From: Mustelus asterias
Taxonomy: Eukaryota
Direction of reading: 5' to 3'
Length of the DNA: 64,000 nucleotides
Assembly: GCF_964213995.1 (NCBI RefSeq)
Contig: NW_027590388.1
Coordinates: forward strand, 186,001 to 250,000
The notes beneath the pieces are model-generated. The model made no database searches. It was not told the DNA's origin and saw nothing but the letters and a program-made list of their open reading frames with translations. The translations under genes and the position numbers were made by a program. Below, one piece after another: positions 12,141 to 24,020 of the stretch (positions are counted from its first letter, which is position 1; every line of letters begins with the position of its first letter).

Positions 12141-12927
12141 AAGTTACAGGAATGTGGTCAAGATAGTCCAGTCCCATAATGCCTCACATTCAATCTGCAG
12201 TCCTTCAATTATAACAGAATATGTGGCTGTATGTAGCTGCCTCGGCCATGGTCAACCCCAACACTGCCTTCCTGAACTGCTACAATGCCTCAGGTGTCAG
12301 TACACCCACAATGCTGTTAGAGAGGGAGAATGTAGGTGGATATCAGATTGATATATTCCATTCAACCACACCCAAGATGAGTTATTCCAATTTCTTTATT
12401 GTCCAGGACAATATATTCACAATATCTTTAAAACAGAAATTAAACATTCCCATTTGATTTCAGGTAGTAACATATTCTGTTAGTTTGTTCTTTATTGTCA
12501 ATGTCAGGCTGGGGTTGTTCCCCTTGGAGCAAAGGAGGTTGAGGGGAGATTTGATAGAGGTGACAAGATTCTGACAGGTTTAGATAAGGTGGACAAAGAA
12601 AAGCTGTTCCCATTAGCTGATGGGACAAGGACGAGGGGGAGACAGATTTAAGGTTTTGGATCAGAGATGCAGTTGAGGGGGGGGGGGGGGGGGGGGGTGA
12701 TGTGAGGAAGAATATTTTGATGCAGCGAATGGTAATGACCTGGAACTCGCTGCCTACGAGGGTGGAGGAAGTGGAGACAATAAACAATTACAAAGGAAAT
12801 TGGATGGGCATTTGGGAGGTTTCAAACAGAAATGCTGACTAAATATCTCTGAACTTCCTCACACCCGGTCGCTCTGTGATCCGTGTGAAATTTGAAACCA
12901 GGTATTCGCAACAAGGCTCAAAGAGCA

Positions 12928-13635
12928 TCAGCCCACTGGAGGCAAAGTCATGAGACCGGCCTCCGACCCTCCCCATTGACCAAGAAACCCTCCGACCCTC
13001 CCCATTGACCAACTGTGAGAATGAACAAAATGCAGTCCTGGATGTAATTGAGAGCAGAATTGGTGTCTCAGCAGGTGGGATGAAACTCTGAATCTCTTCC
13101 CACACACAGAGCAGGTGAATGGCCTCTCCCCAGTGTGAACTCGCTGGTGTGTGCAGAGGTTTGAGAGGTCAGTGAATCCCTTCCCACACTGAGAGCACAT
13201 AAATGGTTTCTCCCCAGTGTGAACTCGCTCGTGTGTCCGCAGACTGGATAACTGAGTGAATCCATTCCCACACTGAGAGCAGGTAAATGGTCTCTCCCCA
13301 GTGTGAACTCGCTGGTGTCTTTGCAGGCCTGATGAATTACTGAATCCCTTCCCACACTGAGAACAAGTGAATGGTCTGTCCCCAGTGTGAACTCGCTGGT
13401 GAGTCCGCAGGTTGGATGACTGAGTGAATCCCTGCCCACACTGAGAACAGGTGAACGGTCTCTCCCCAGTGTGAACTCGCTGGTGTCTTTGCTGGCCGGA
13501 TGAATCACTGAATCCCTCCCCACACTGAGAGCAGGTGAATGGTCTCTCCCCCGTATGGCTGCGCCAATGCGCTTCGAGCTCAGATGGGTATCCGTATCTC
13601 TTCTCACAGTCTGCACATTTCCATGGTTTCTCCAT
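12928..13635 (-). CDS. C2H2 zinc-finger protein (ZNF gene 2), 235 aa, 6 intact fingers plus a broken 7th
   Basis: MEKPWKC start at 13635; ~44-bp deletion removes the last His and the normal stop; may be a pseudogene. Confidence 0.75.
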   Translation of the reverse strand: MEKPWKCADCEKRYGYPSELEAHWRSHTGERPFTCSQCGEGFSDSSGQQRHQRVHTGERPFTCSQCGQGFTQSSNLRTHQRVHTGDRPFTCSQCGKGFSNSSGLQRHQRVHTGERPFTCSQCGNGFTQLSSLRTHERVHTGEKPFMCSQCGKGFTDLSNLCTHQRVHTGERPFTCSVCGKRFRVSSHLLRHQFCSQLHPGLHFVHSHSWSMGRVGGFLGQWGGSEAGLMTLPPVG

Positions 13636-14121
13636 GGCGCAGGTGTCCTTGCCGCTCTCTTGGGTGGACAATTAGTTGAAACTTCGTCCACACACACAAC
13701 ACGGGTACAGTCTCTCCCCGCTGTGAATGGTGTGATATTTATTCAGGCTGTGTAACTGGTTAAAGCTCTTTAGTCAGTGCACTGGAACACTCTCACTCGA
13801 GTGTGGCCGTGTGTTGGCGCTTTTCCAGTCACACTGATGTTTGAAATCTTTTCAAATCAACAGACCGGACAATCATTTCTTCTTCTAGATTCAAAAGCCG
13901 ATGATATTCAGCTCCCAAGGAATAAGACTCTGTCAGATCTAGACGTGACGTTTGAGATTTCAGCCTGTGATTCCTCTTTCAATATCCTGTAAAATGAGTT
14001 TCCAAAAGTCATCAGTGTCAGTACAGGATAGAAATTCAGAACAGACAATTTCTATGGAACATTCTTTCCTCTCTCATTCCCCAGAAGCTGTAAATCTCCA
14101 TCCCACACACTCTCTCCCCAT

Positions 14122-14250
14122 TCTCAGCAGGTCTGGCAGCATCTGTATGGAGAGAAAAGAACTGATGTTTCAGAGCTTTGACAAAGGGTCATCGAGACAA
14201 GAAACATCAGCTCTTTTCTCTCCTTACAGATGCTGCCAGACCTGCTGAGA
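14122..14250. repeat. 50-bp-arm inverted repeat of pLTR-like element in ZNF gene 2 intron
   Basis: 14122-14171 is the reverse complement of 14201-14250 with 2 mismatches; same structure at ~52347-52475. Confidence 0.9.
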
Positions 14251-14309
14251 TTTTCCAGCATTTTCTCTCTTGGTTTCAGATTCCAGCATCCGCAGTAATT
14301 TGCTTTTAT

Positions 14310-16085
14310 AAGGCTGCAGATACCTCCTCCCAAGTAACATGCGTGTGCCCAAGACATCACCACTTGTTTCCCTTATTTCGTTAGCACCCATGGTGCTCTC
14401 CGCAGTAAACACAGAGGAGAAGTATTCATTAAAAATCTCACCCATCTCCTGTGGCTCCACACACAGATGGCCATACTGATTTTTAAGGGGATCTATTCTC
14501 TCTCTCGCCACCCTTTTACTCTTAATATAGCTATAGAACCTCTTGGAATTTTCTTTAATCTTTAAACCCAATGTATGCTTCCTTCTTTTACCCGACCAGA
14601 GCCTCAATGTCCCTTGTCTGCCAGAGATCCCTAAATTTACCATTCTTTCCCTGCATCTTAACAGGAATATACTGCCCCTGGATTCTTGATATCACACTTT
14701 TAAAACTTTCCATTTGCCAGTCATTCCTTTCCCTTCAAACAAACTCACCTAATCAACATCTGCTCGATCCTGCCTAATGCCCACAAAAGTGGCCCTGCTC
14801 ATCCATCCTCTGGATTACCTCTTCGGAAAACAATAAAAGATTTGTCCGACATGACTCCCCGTGCACAAAGCGGTGCTGACTATCCCTAATCACACCGTCA
14901 GAATCCAAATGTTGGTAGATTCTGTCCTTCACAATCCCCTCCAGTAACTTACCCACCACTGATGTCAGACTACCGGCCTATAATTCCCAGGCTTCTCTTT
15001 GCTACGCTTCTTAAACAACAGAACAACATTAGCGTGTTCTATTCTTCCAGAACTTCACCAGGAGAAAGAGATGAAACAAATATCTCTGCAAGGGGCTCTG
15101 TAATTCCTTCCTGAGCCTCCCACAAGATCTGAAGATATACTTGATCAGACCCAGGGGATTTATCCACCTTAATGCACTTTAAGGCTGCAGATACCTCCTC
15201 CCTAGTAATATGCATGTGGTCCAAGACATCACAGCTTCTTTCTCTTATTTCTTCAGCATCCATCATGTTCTCCTCAGGAAACACCAAGGAGAAATATTCA
15301 TTAAAAATCGCACCCATTTCCTGTGACTCCATGCTCAGATAGCCATGCTGATTTTTAAGGGGACCTATTCTCTCTCTCTCGCCACCATTTTACTCTTAAT
15401 ATCGCGATAGAACCTCTTGGGATTTTCATAGAATCCCTACAGTGCAGAAAGAGGCCATTTGGCCCATTGAATCTGCACCGACCACAATCCCACCCAGGCC
15501 CTACCCCCATATCCCGACATATTTACCCGCTAATCCCTCTAACCTACTCATCTCAGGACACTAAGGGGCAATTTTAGCATGGCCAATCAACCTAACCCGC
15601 ACATCTTTGGACTGTGTTAAAGTTAAATTTTCTTTAACTTTACCTGCCAGATCCATATCATACCCTCTTAAGTGTTCTCTTACACTTTTAAGAGTCATCG
15701 AGTGATTCACTTGTCCCCGATTGTCTAAACCCAATGTCTACTTCCTTCTTTTACCTGACCAGAGCCTCAATGTCCCTTGTCAGCCAGGGATCCCTAAATT
15801 TACCATTCTTTCCCTTCATCTTAACAGGAATATACTGCCCCTGGACTCTTGATATCACACTTTTAAAACCTCCCATTTGCCAGTCATTCCTTTCCCTTCA
15901 AACAAACTCACCTAATCGACATCTCCTCGATCCTGCCTAATGCCCACAAAAGTGGCCCTGCTCCAGTTTAGGGCCTTGACCTGTGGATCTGTCCTATCTT
16001 TTTCCAGAACTATTTTGAAACTATTGGTGCTCCCAATAGTGCTCCCTGACTGACACTTCAGTCACTTGCTCGACCTCATTTCTTA
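14310..16085 (-). mobile_element. rearranged CR1 ORF2 fragments (with SINE piece at ~15430-15615)
   Basis: KENSKRFYSYIKSKR, EIFNEYFS, DKSPGSD motifs; internal duplication 14565-14800 vs 15725-15962. Confidence 0.85.
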
Positions 16086-16089
16086 ACTG

Positions 16090-16570
16090 TCTAATAGAAA
16101 GTGAGTCCAGGAATTGATAATGAAAAATAAGGAGCTGGGAGATGAATTGAACAAGTATTTTGCCTCGGTGTTCACAATAGAGGATACAGTTAAAACTCAG
16201 AAACAGCTGGAAATCAGAAAACAGAAGTGTGGGATGAACTCTGAAAAAGCACAATTCCCAGGGAAGTGGTCCTCAGCAAACTGTTGGAGCTGTGGGCTGA
16301 TGAGTCCTCGGGTTCTGCTGGGCTTCATTCTCGGGTCTTAACAGAGTGAGATAGTTGGTGTGTTGTTCAATTTTCTATAATTCCTCATCGGGAACTGGAT
16401 AAAGGGAAACCGGTGGATGCGCTGTACTTAGATTTCCAGAAGACATTTGATGAGGTGCCACATGAAAGGTTATTGCAGCAAATAAAAATTCATGCTGCGG
16501 GGATGACATATTGGCGTGGATAGAAGATTGGCTAACAGCAAACAGTGGGCAGAAATGGATCATTTTCTGG
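16090..16570 (+). mobile_element. old CR1 fragment
   Basis: DELNKYFASVFT and LDFQKTFDEVPH-like remnants. Confidence 0.7.
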
Positions 16571-16599
16571 TTGAAGAGAGAGAGAAACCTGGGCCAACC

Positions 16600-17434
16600 T
16601 TTCCAGAGTCTGCACCCTCCCTGGATTCACTTCCTTTCCCTTCAGTTGCTGCAAGTCCCCAATTTCCCCCAGAATGAGAAAAGAAATGGAAAGGGGGAGA
16701 AAAGAAAGTGTTTTACTCACAGATATGAGCGACAGGAGGAAGTTTCAGTCTGTCTGAAGATCAATCTTCATTCACACAAAGCCCGCGCTCTGATTGGCTG
16801 GAAGACCAGAGTCCTCCCGGTCCTCCAACTCTTCCCATTGGTCAACACCTCAGCATGAAGATCAGAGGGTGGGTTCTCCCCCGCACATGCGCAGCTTCCC
16901 CTCTCCCTCGCACATTTGCAGTCCCGGGCCGGGGGGGGAGCGGGGGGTGCGATCACCGAGCGGCTTCTCGCTCTGGCCGGAGCCGTCAGCCGGTTGCCTG
17001 GAAACCTTGGCTCGATGTGGTGCAGGGGGAGGGGAACAATGGGTGGGGGCGGGGCTCCCGGGTCCGCGCGCCCGGGCCTGCTCACTGGAACCCGGAGACG
17101 TCACCGCGGAGCAGAGAGATTCCTATTGGCTGATTCAGGCAGGGCTCTATCGTGACGTCACAATGCGGAAGTTGTCAAATGAGCTTCAGAGTGAAACTTC
17201 CTCCTCTGGACAACATCTGGGAGGAAATCAATGTTTCCCCCTTTCCATTTCTTTTCTCATTCTGGGGGAAATTGGGGACTTGCAGCAACTGAAGGGAATG
17301 AAGTGAGTTCGGTCTGTATATTCCACACATTTTTACTCCACTAATGTAGACATTTATCTGTCTGGCAGCCTGCATGGAAATTTTCAGCTCTCTGCGTCCA
17401 GGGCAGGAAGCAGTGAGCATGGATCTGTCAATCA
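16600..17434. promoter_or_regulatory. bidirectional CpG-island promoter flanked by inverted exon-1/intron copies
   Basis: 16625-16750 is the reverse complement of ~17190-17305; CCAAT boxes, GC box, TGACGTCA at 17153, NRF1-like motif. Confidence 0.7.
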
Positions 17435-17815
17435 CACATGAGGACGGCCTCAACCGGGATCTTGGGTTCATGTCACACTATCTGTAACCCCCGCGACTTG
17501 CCTGGGCTTGCAAAATCTCACTAACTGTCCTGGCTGGAGACAATACACATCTATTTAACCTGTGCTTAATCCTCTCTCCACTCACATTGTCTGTACCTTG
17601 AAGATTTGATTACCTGTAAAGACTCGCATTCCAACCATTATTCTGTAAATTGAGTTTGTGTCTTTGTGCCCTGTTTGTGAACAGAACTCCCACTCACCTG
17701 ATGAAGGAGCAGCACTCCGAAAGGCTTGTGCTACCAAATAAACCTGTTGGACTTTAACCTGGTGTTGTGAGACTTCTTTCCGTGCTTAACCCAGTTCAAC
17801 GCCGGCATCTCCACA
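17435..17815 (+). mobile_element. Penelope-like element 3' end/pLTR with hammerhead motif (17695-17730)
   Basis: matches pLTR at 24875-25260; CTGATGA-stem-GAAA. Confidence 0.88.
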
Positions 17816-18231
17816 CTCTGAGTGGAAACAGAGGGAAGTAGGAGGCCGGATGTGAGGAGAGAGATTTTATACATCTACAACTCAACAGGAACTTTGACAG
17901 AATTTCCAAACCCTGTGAACACCATCAGCTCCAAGTTCCTCTCCAACCCACACACCATCCGGACTTGTCTGACATCCAGTACTGAAAGCACAGAAATTTA
18001 TTTCATATAAATACTGGGAAGACTGAACCCATTGTGTTCAGTCCCCACTACAAACTCCACTCCCTCGCCAACAACTTTATCTCTCCTCCTGGCAACTGTC
18101 TGAGGCTGAACCAGGCTGTTCACAACCAGCGTGAAATAGTTCATCCCAAGATGAGCTTCCAGCCACATGTCACATCATCATCAAGACCACCTTCATTCAA
18201 AGAAGTAATTAATTTATAATAATGAATAATA

Positions 18232-18522
18232 AAGTAGTGTAGAAGGAGGCCATTCAGCCCATCGAGCCTGCACCGACAACAATTCCATCCAGGCCCTATC
18301 CACATATTTACCTGTTAATCCCCCTGATACCAAGTGGCAATTTATCATGGCCAATCCGTCTAACCGGCATATCTTTGGACTGTGGAAGGAAACCGGAACA
18401 CCCGGAGGAAACCCACACAGACACGGGGAGAATGTAGAAACTCTGCAGACAGCGACCCGAGGCTGGAATTGAACCCGGGTCCCTGGCGCTGTGAGGCAGC
18501 TGCACTAACCACTGTGCCACCG
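18232..18522 (-). mobile_element. HE1-like SINE
   Basis: reverse complement of 3253-3552. Confidence 0.88.
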
Positions 18523-18576
18523 GGCCACATGTCAGTGCCATCGCCCGACTCCAGCCCAGTCTCAGCTCATCTGGAA

Positions 18577-18686
18577 CCCTCACCCATTCCATTGTGACGT
18601 CACACCCTCACCCATTCCATTGTGACGTCACACTCCCACCCATTCCATTGTGATGTCACACCCTCACCCATTCCATTGTGACGTCA
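18577..18686. repeat. 28-bp minisatellite x4 containing TGACGTCA
   Basis: unit ccctcacccattccattgtgacgtcaca. Confidence 0.95.
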
Positions 18687-18689
18687 GGG

Positions 18690-19300
18690 CTTCACTCTCC
18701 GATCACAATCCCTGCCGGCCTCCCACATGCAGCCTCAATGGCGGCAGTCAGCCCGGGTCTAACACTACAAGCTGCCGCTCCATTTGGTACAAAGGGGGGT
18801 ACCGGGAAGTTCATTTCCGGGGTTTGGGTTTGAACAACATGTTTACAAAGCCTCTCCACCCGCTGGATTCATCGCTCCCCGCGCACCGCCCTCTACCTCG
18901 TATTGATCTCGCTTCCGAGTTAAAACCGTCTGTCCGTCGCCATTACCCGCACTGCGCATGCTTCAGGTCCCGCCCCTCATTCACTCCGATTGGTTGGAGG
19001 ACCAGCCGCTCCAGCTCGGTCCTCCAGCACCGCCCCCTCTTCCTATTGGTCCGGAGCTGCCGTCAATCAGTCCCCGGGCATTGTGATGTGGAGCATGCGC
19101 AGAGTCATTGCTGTCCTTGGCGCTTGTTTGTCCCGGAGAAGCGGAGTCAGCGTTAGGCGGTGGCTGGGAGGATTTGGAAACACTTTGTGGATCCGCAAAC
19201 CCTTCAGAATCATTGTCAGCTCCCTGGTTTGCAGCTGCGGGGCTTCTCCTTCCCTCCCTCCCTCCCGGGAACAGGCCCAGGTTAACGGCCCCATCCTGGC
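18690..19300 (+). promoter_or_regulatory. CpG-island promoter/first exon of ZNF gene 3
   Basis: ATGGCGG (YY1-like), CCGGAA (ETS-like), GCGCATGC (NRF1-like), GC box, CCAAT boxes; near-identical to 53315-53910. Confidence 0.75.
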
Positions 19301-19527
19301 TCAGCCACTGGAGGATGGTTCACATCAGAGGATGGGGGAGGGGGACAATAAATAAGAGGTTACACTTTGGCCTCAAATCAATGAGGACTCTGATCTCTGG
19401 GAAGGAAGGAAACCCTGGGAGGTGGGCGGGGAGGATTCACAAACACCCGCTGGAGGCCCCAACACCTCCAATAAGACCCATTGGTTTTATTGTCAGTCTG
19501 CAGACAGGAGCTGGAGAACTGAATCCA

Positions 19528-19676
19528 TGATGTGGAGATGCCGGCGTTGGACTGGGGTAAACACAGTAAGAAGTTTAACAACACCAGGTTAAAGTCCAAC
19601 AGGTTTATTTGGTAGCAAAAGCGGCTTTTGCTACCAAATAAACCTGTTGGACTTTAACCTGGTGTTGTTAAACTTC
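19528..19676 (-). mobile_element. 149-bp Penelope terminal insertion forming a perfect hairpin
   Basis: 12-bp TSD gaactgaatcca (19516-19527/19677-19688); 53-bp arms 19570-19622 and 19624-19676. Confidence 0.92.
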
Positions 19677-20260
19677 GAACTGAATCCAGACAGAGGAGAG
19701 GGAGGGAGAAAACTGGGACTGGAGGAAAGAAATGGTGAGATGGGTTTGGATTTCAGCCCAGGGAGGAGGGAGAGTGTGTGGGACAGGGATTTACAGATTT
19801 TGGGGAACAAGAGAGGAAAAAATGTCCCAGAGAAACTAGAATTGTCTGTTCAGAATTTCTATCCTGGACTGACAGTGATGACTTTTCCAAATTTTTTTTA
19901 CAGGATATTGGAAGTGGAGGATTGGCAGACAGAAAACTCAAACCGAACATCATGACTGGCAAAGTCATTTTGTTCATTCGGAGCTGAATATCATTGGTCT
20001 TTGAATATGGGAGGAGAAATGTTTGACTCTTCTGTCTGTCGGCAAAGATTTTAAACATCAGTGTGACCGGAAAAGCATTGAAACAAACACACGCCCGATT
20101 GAGGGTGTTCCAGTGAACTGACTGTGGAAAGAGCTTTAACCAGTCCACAGCCTGAAAAAACATCACAGTTCACAGCAGGGTGAAACTACGTGTATGTTGT
20201 GTGTGTGGATGAGGCTTGACCTGATCATCCAACCTGGAGATACACAAGGGCACCAGCACC

Positions 20261-21355
20261 ATGGAGAAACCGTGGAAATGTGTGGAGTGCGGGAAGGGAT
20301 TCGGTTTCCCATCACAACTGGAAGTTCATCGGCGCAGTCACACTGGGGAGAGACCGTTCACCTGCTCTGTTTGTGGGAAGGGATTCACCCATTCATACAA
20401 CCTTCTGACTCACCGACGGGTTCACACTGGGGAGAGGCCGTTCACCTGCCCTGTGTGTGGGAAGGGATTCACTCGCTCATCCCACATTGTGACACACCAA
20501 CTTGTTCACACAGATGAGAAACTGTTTACATGTTCTGACTGTGAGAAGAGTTTTAAATGCAAAAAAGATCTGCTGACGCACCAACGTATTCACACTGGGG
20601 AGAGACCATTCACCTGCTCTGTGTGTAGGAAAGGATTCATTCAGTCATCCCACTTGCAGACACATCAACTTGTTCACTCTGATAACAAACTTTTTAATTG
20701 TTCCCACTGTGAGAAGAGCTTTAAAAATAAAAAAGATCTGCTGACGCACCAATATGCTCACACTGGGGAGAGGCCATTCACCTGCTGTGTGTGTGGGAAG
20801 GGATTCAGCCGCCCATCTGCCCTATTGAACCACCAGAGAATTCACACTGGGGAGAGGCCCTTCACCTGCTCAGACTGTGGGAAGGGATTCATTAATTCAT
20901 CTAACCTTCTGATACACCAGCAACTCCACACAGGGGATCGACCGTTCAACTGCTCTGAATGTGGGAAGGGATTCACCCGTTCATACAACCTTCTGACACA
21001 CCAGCAGGTTCACAGTGAGGAGAGGCCATTCACTTGCTCCGTGTGTGGGAAGGGATTCACTCGTTTATCCAACTTATTGAATCACCAGCGAGTTCACACT
21101 GGGGAGAGGCCATTCACCTGCTCTGTATGTGGGAAGGGATTCAGTCAGTCATCCAACCTGCTGACACATCAGAGAGTTCACAGTGGGGAGAGGCCATTTA
21201 CCTGCTCTGTCTGTGGGAAGGGATTTTCTCATTTATCTTATCTTCTGAAACACCAGCGAGTTCACACTGGGGAGAGGCCGTTCACCTGTAATGTCTGTGG
21301 AAAGGGATTTATTCAGTCATCCCACCTGCTAACACACCAGCGAGTTCACAAGTGA
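20261..21355 (+). CDS. C2H2 zinc-finger protein (ZNF gene 3), 364 aa, 13 fingers
   Basis: intact MEKPWKC...HQRVHK* array; acceptor at 19903/19904; AATAAA at 21457. Confidence 0.92.
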   Translation: MEKPWKCVECGKGFGFPSQLEVHRRSHTGERPFTCSVCGKGFTHSYNLLTHRRVHTGERPFTCPVCGKGFTRSSHIVTHQLVHTDEKLFTCSDCEKSFKCKKDLLTHQRIHTGERPFTCSVCRKGFIQSSHLQTHQLVHSDNKLFNCSHCEKSFKNKKDLLTHQYAHTGERPFTCCVCGKGFSRPSALLNHQRIHTGERPFTCSDCGKGFINSSNLLIHQQLHTGDRPFNCSECGKGFTRSYNLLTHQQVHSEERPFTCSVCGKGFTRLSNLLNHQRVHTGERPFTCSVCGKGFSQSSNLLTHQRVHSGERPFTCSVCGKGFSHLSYLLKHQRVHTGERPFTCNVCGKGFIQSSHLLTHQRVHK

Positions 21356-22319
21356 CTGCAAGGTTTGGATTCTACACTTATCGATGCTGTTAATCATATC
21401 CAGGTCTGAATCATCTTCATTCTGACTTTTTTCTTCTGTTGAGGTTTGATATTCTGAATAAATGTGAAATAGACATTTGATTGAATCATTGTTGTAGATT
21501 TTTGTCTTTTCCATTTGAGTGTTTAACGTCACCAGGCTGGAGCTCAGAAAGGGCAATCTGAGGGAGGATCATACAGTAGGAACAGAACTTCATTCTTGAC
21601 CCAGTCCTTCAGGGTCACGCTGAGAGGGTCACACAGCACTTTGGTCTTTTTCGTCACTTTTCACTGACAGCAAAGTCCCCGTGTGGGTGAATCCTGAGGT
21701 GTGTAAGAAATGTGTCCCAGTCGTTCTTTTCCATGGTTCAGAGCTCCTGGACACGGAAAAGAAGCTCCTTTACAACTGTGTTTAGAGTCAGGAAGAACAA
21801 CGGTGAATGCTGGAAACGTGCTGTCAAAGATTGGTGTAAAACTGGGATCTATTCCTGACTGAGAGTGAAACGGCAGGTTTAGGTTTCCAGACTTAGAATG
21901 AAAAAAAGTGTAAAACATTTTAATGTGTGTGTGTCAGTCCTGGTTTATTGAACAGAAACTGGCTTCAAGTAAATTGGTTGAAGTCTGCATTAAAGTAGCA
22001 GCTGGAGAAGTTCAAAGGAGCCTGTTAACTGCTGGGACAATTAGACAACAATTTGATTCCCAGATAGAGAAGGAGCTGCAGTGTGTGTCCAAGAATTCTC
22101 AGTTTTGTTGATGTGTGCTTCCCATACACTATCCTTTTAAATAAACCTCACTCCTATCAGCCTTTAACCATTATGAACAGAACAGAGAGAAGCTGAGCAG
22201 CACCAGAGCCCTGACTGACCATTTTAGAATGAGTGATGTGTTCAGCTGAAGTTTCCTGTTGGTAGTTTTCTGGGTGATCTCCTTATTTTGATCATTCTCA
22301 GTGACCCCTGGGTGTGAAC

Positions 22320-22780
22320 CTGCTCTCCTCTCTTTCAGACATTCACTCACTTAACATCTCCTCTCTCTCAGAAACTCAATCACTTAACATCTCTCATCTC
22401 TCTCACACTCACTGAACGTCGCTCTCTCTCTCTCCAGGCATTCACTCACACCTTACCTTCCACCTCTCTTACACTCTAACCTCGCTCCTCTCTCACATTC
22501 ACTTAACCGCTCTCCTCTCAGAAACTGTCTTTGTCACTTAATGTCTCTCTATCTTTCTTTCAAACACTCACTCATTTAACCTTCCTATTTCAGATCTGCT
22601 TAAACTTGTTCATTGTTTTCTCTCTCTCATTACCTCTTTCTGAAAAAGCACAAACACACTTCATCTCTCTTCACTGTCTGAGAAAACATCTAATTGATGG
22701 AGATTCAATCCTCCCTGCTTCTCTCTCCCACTTCCTCTGACAGGCCCTGACTCACTTTAAATCTCCTCTTTTCTAATAAC
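22320..22780. repeat. degenerate CT-rich tandem repeat
   Basis: recurring cactcacttaac + (ct)n units. Confidence 0.6.
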
Positions 22781-23654
22781 CCTCTTTGGGAAAACTCATT
22801 TGTTCTCTAATTCCTCCTCATTTCTCCCACTGATGACCCTCAGTCCATCTCCCAATTCAGTGAATGTTAAAAACCCAAATAATCTCCTTTCTTTATTGTT
22901 TAAAATGGGAATGGAGGTGAATGTAATGCTGAGAGCGGCAGCAATCTGTGTGGTTGTTCTTGATGCTGTCAGAGTGAGTTCACCCTCACAGGAAGGAAGA
23001 CTGTTCACGGTGATAACGTCAAACTGACGCTGGCTGTTTCATTCTCAGGTAACACAACTTCTCTGCTGCCGGTTCAAAAACGCACATCTCACTTCTGAGC
23101 AGAAAATAAATCCAGGCACAACAACCTGGTGAGAACATCTGTCAATGCGGCCTATATCTGTCCACAGAGTCAGGGCAGAGTCACACAGGTCACATTGTGG
23201 TGACATTTACAAATGAGCCAGTTATTTCTATTCAGAGTTTCCATTCTCAGATATAACCAGCTGTGTCTGTGGATCAGTTACTGAGTTCCCTCTGCTCCCA
23301 TAGCCAGGAACTGATAGCCTGCTCCCTTATATTGCATATCATCCTCTCTATATTGCTTGTTTCCTCTGATTCTCAGCTTTTATCTTTGACCTTCCTCATC
23401 TTTCTGCTTTTTAAAATCTTTCTCAATTTTTCTCTCAGTCTTTCTGTCTCTCCCTTCCTCTGTATCTCTCTCAGGCTTTGTGTGTTCCTATTTAATCAAG
23501 ATGTTCAAAATCATGAAGAATTTCTGATTGATTACAGAGGGAAAAACAGGGAGAAAAGCAGAAAAACCCGGCAGGTCCGGCGGCATCTGTTGAGAGAGAA
23601 ACAGTTAACATTTTGAGTCCATATAATTCTTCAGGGCAGGAAAAACATGCGTTA

Positions 23655-24020
23655 TCCATCTTAGATGAGGGAATGTGATGGGGAGATTTAACAGAGGTGT
23701 TTAAAATGACAAATGATTTATGATACTGTCAATGGAGAGAAATTATCTCCCAGGAGCACGAGGGTCTGTCGATGGAGAGAATCGATTTGCTAGGTGCAGG
23801 AGGGTCTGTAAGCAGAGAACACAGAGATTTAATTTAATTAACAACAGAACTGGAGGGGGTGATAAGGAGAATGTTTTACACAATAACTTGATATGATCTG
23901 GAATGCACAAACTGACAAGTGCTAGAAGCAGGTTTAATAGGAGCTTTCAAAGGGAATTGGATAAATACTTGCAGAAGGTAAATTGGCAGAGTTATGGTGA
24001 ATGGGATTAATTGGACAGTT
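23655..24020 (+). mobile_element. old CR1 3' fragment
   Basis: ggagatttaacagaggtgtttaaaat (GDLxEVFK) and tttcaaaagggaattggataaatact remnants. Confidence 0.65.

Noticed and set aside
12677-12697. Poly-G run as a functional G-quadruplex
   Set aside because: Lies in a decayed CR1 fragment and differs between paralogs (2820, 49230); simple slippage or homopolymer error
18577-18686. 28-bp repeats as a CRISPR array
   Set aside because: Head-to-tail units with no spacers
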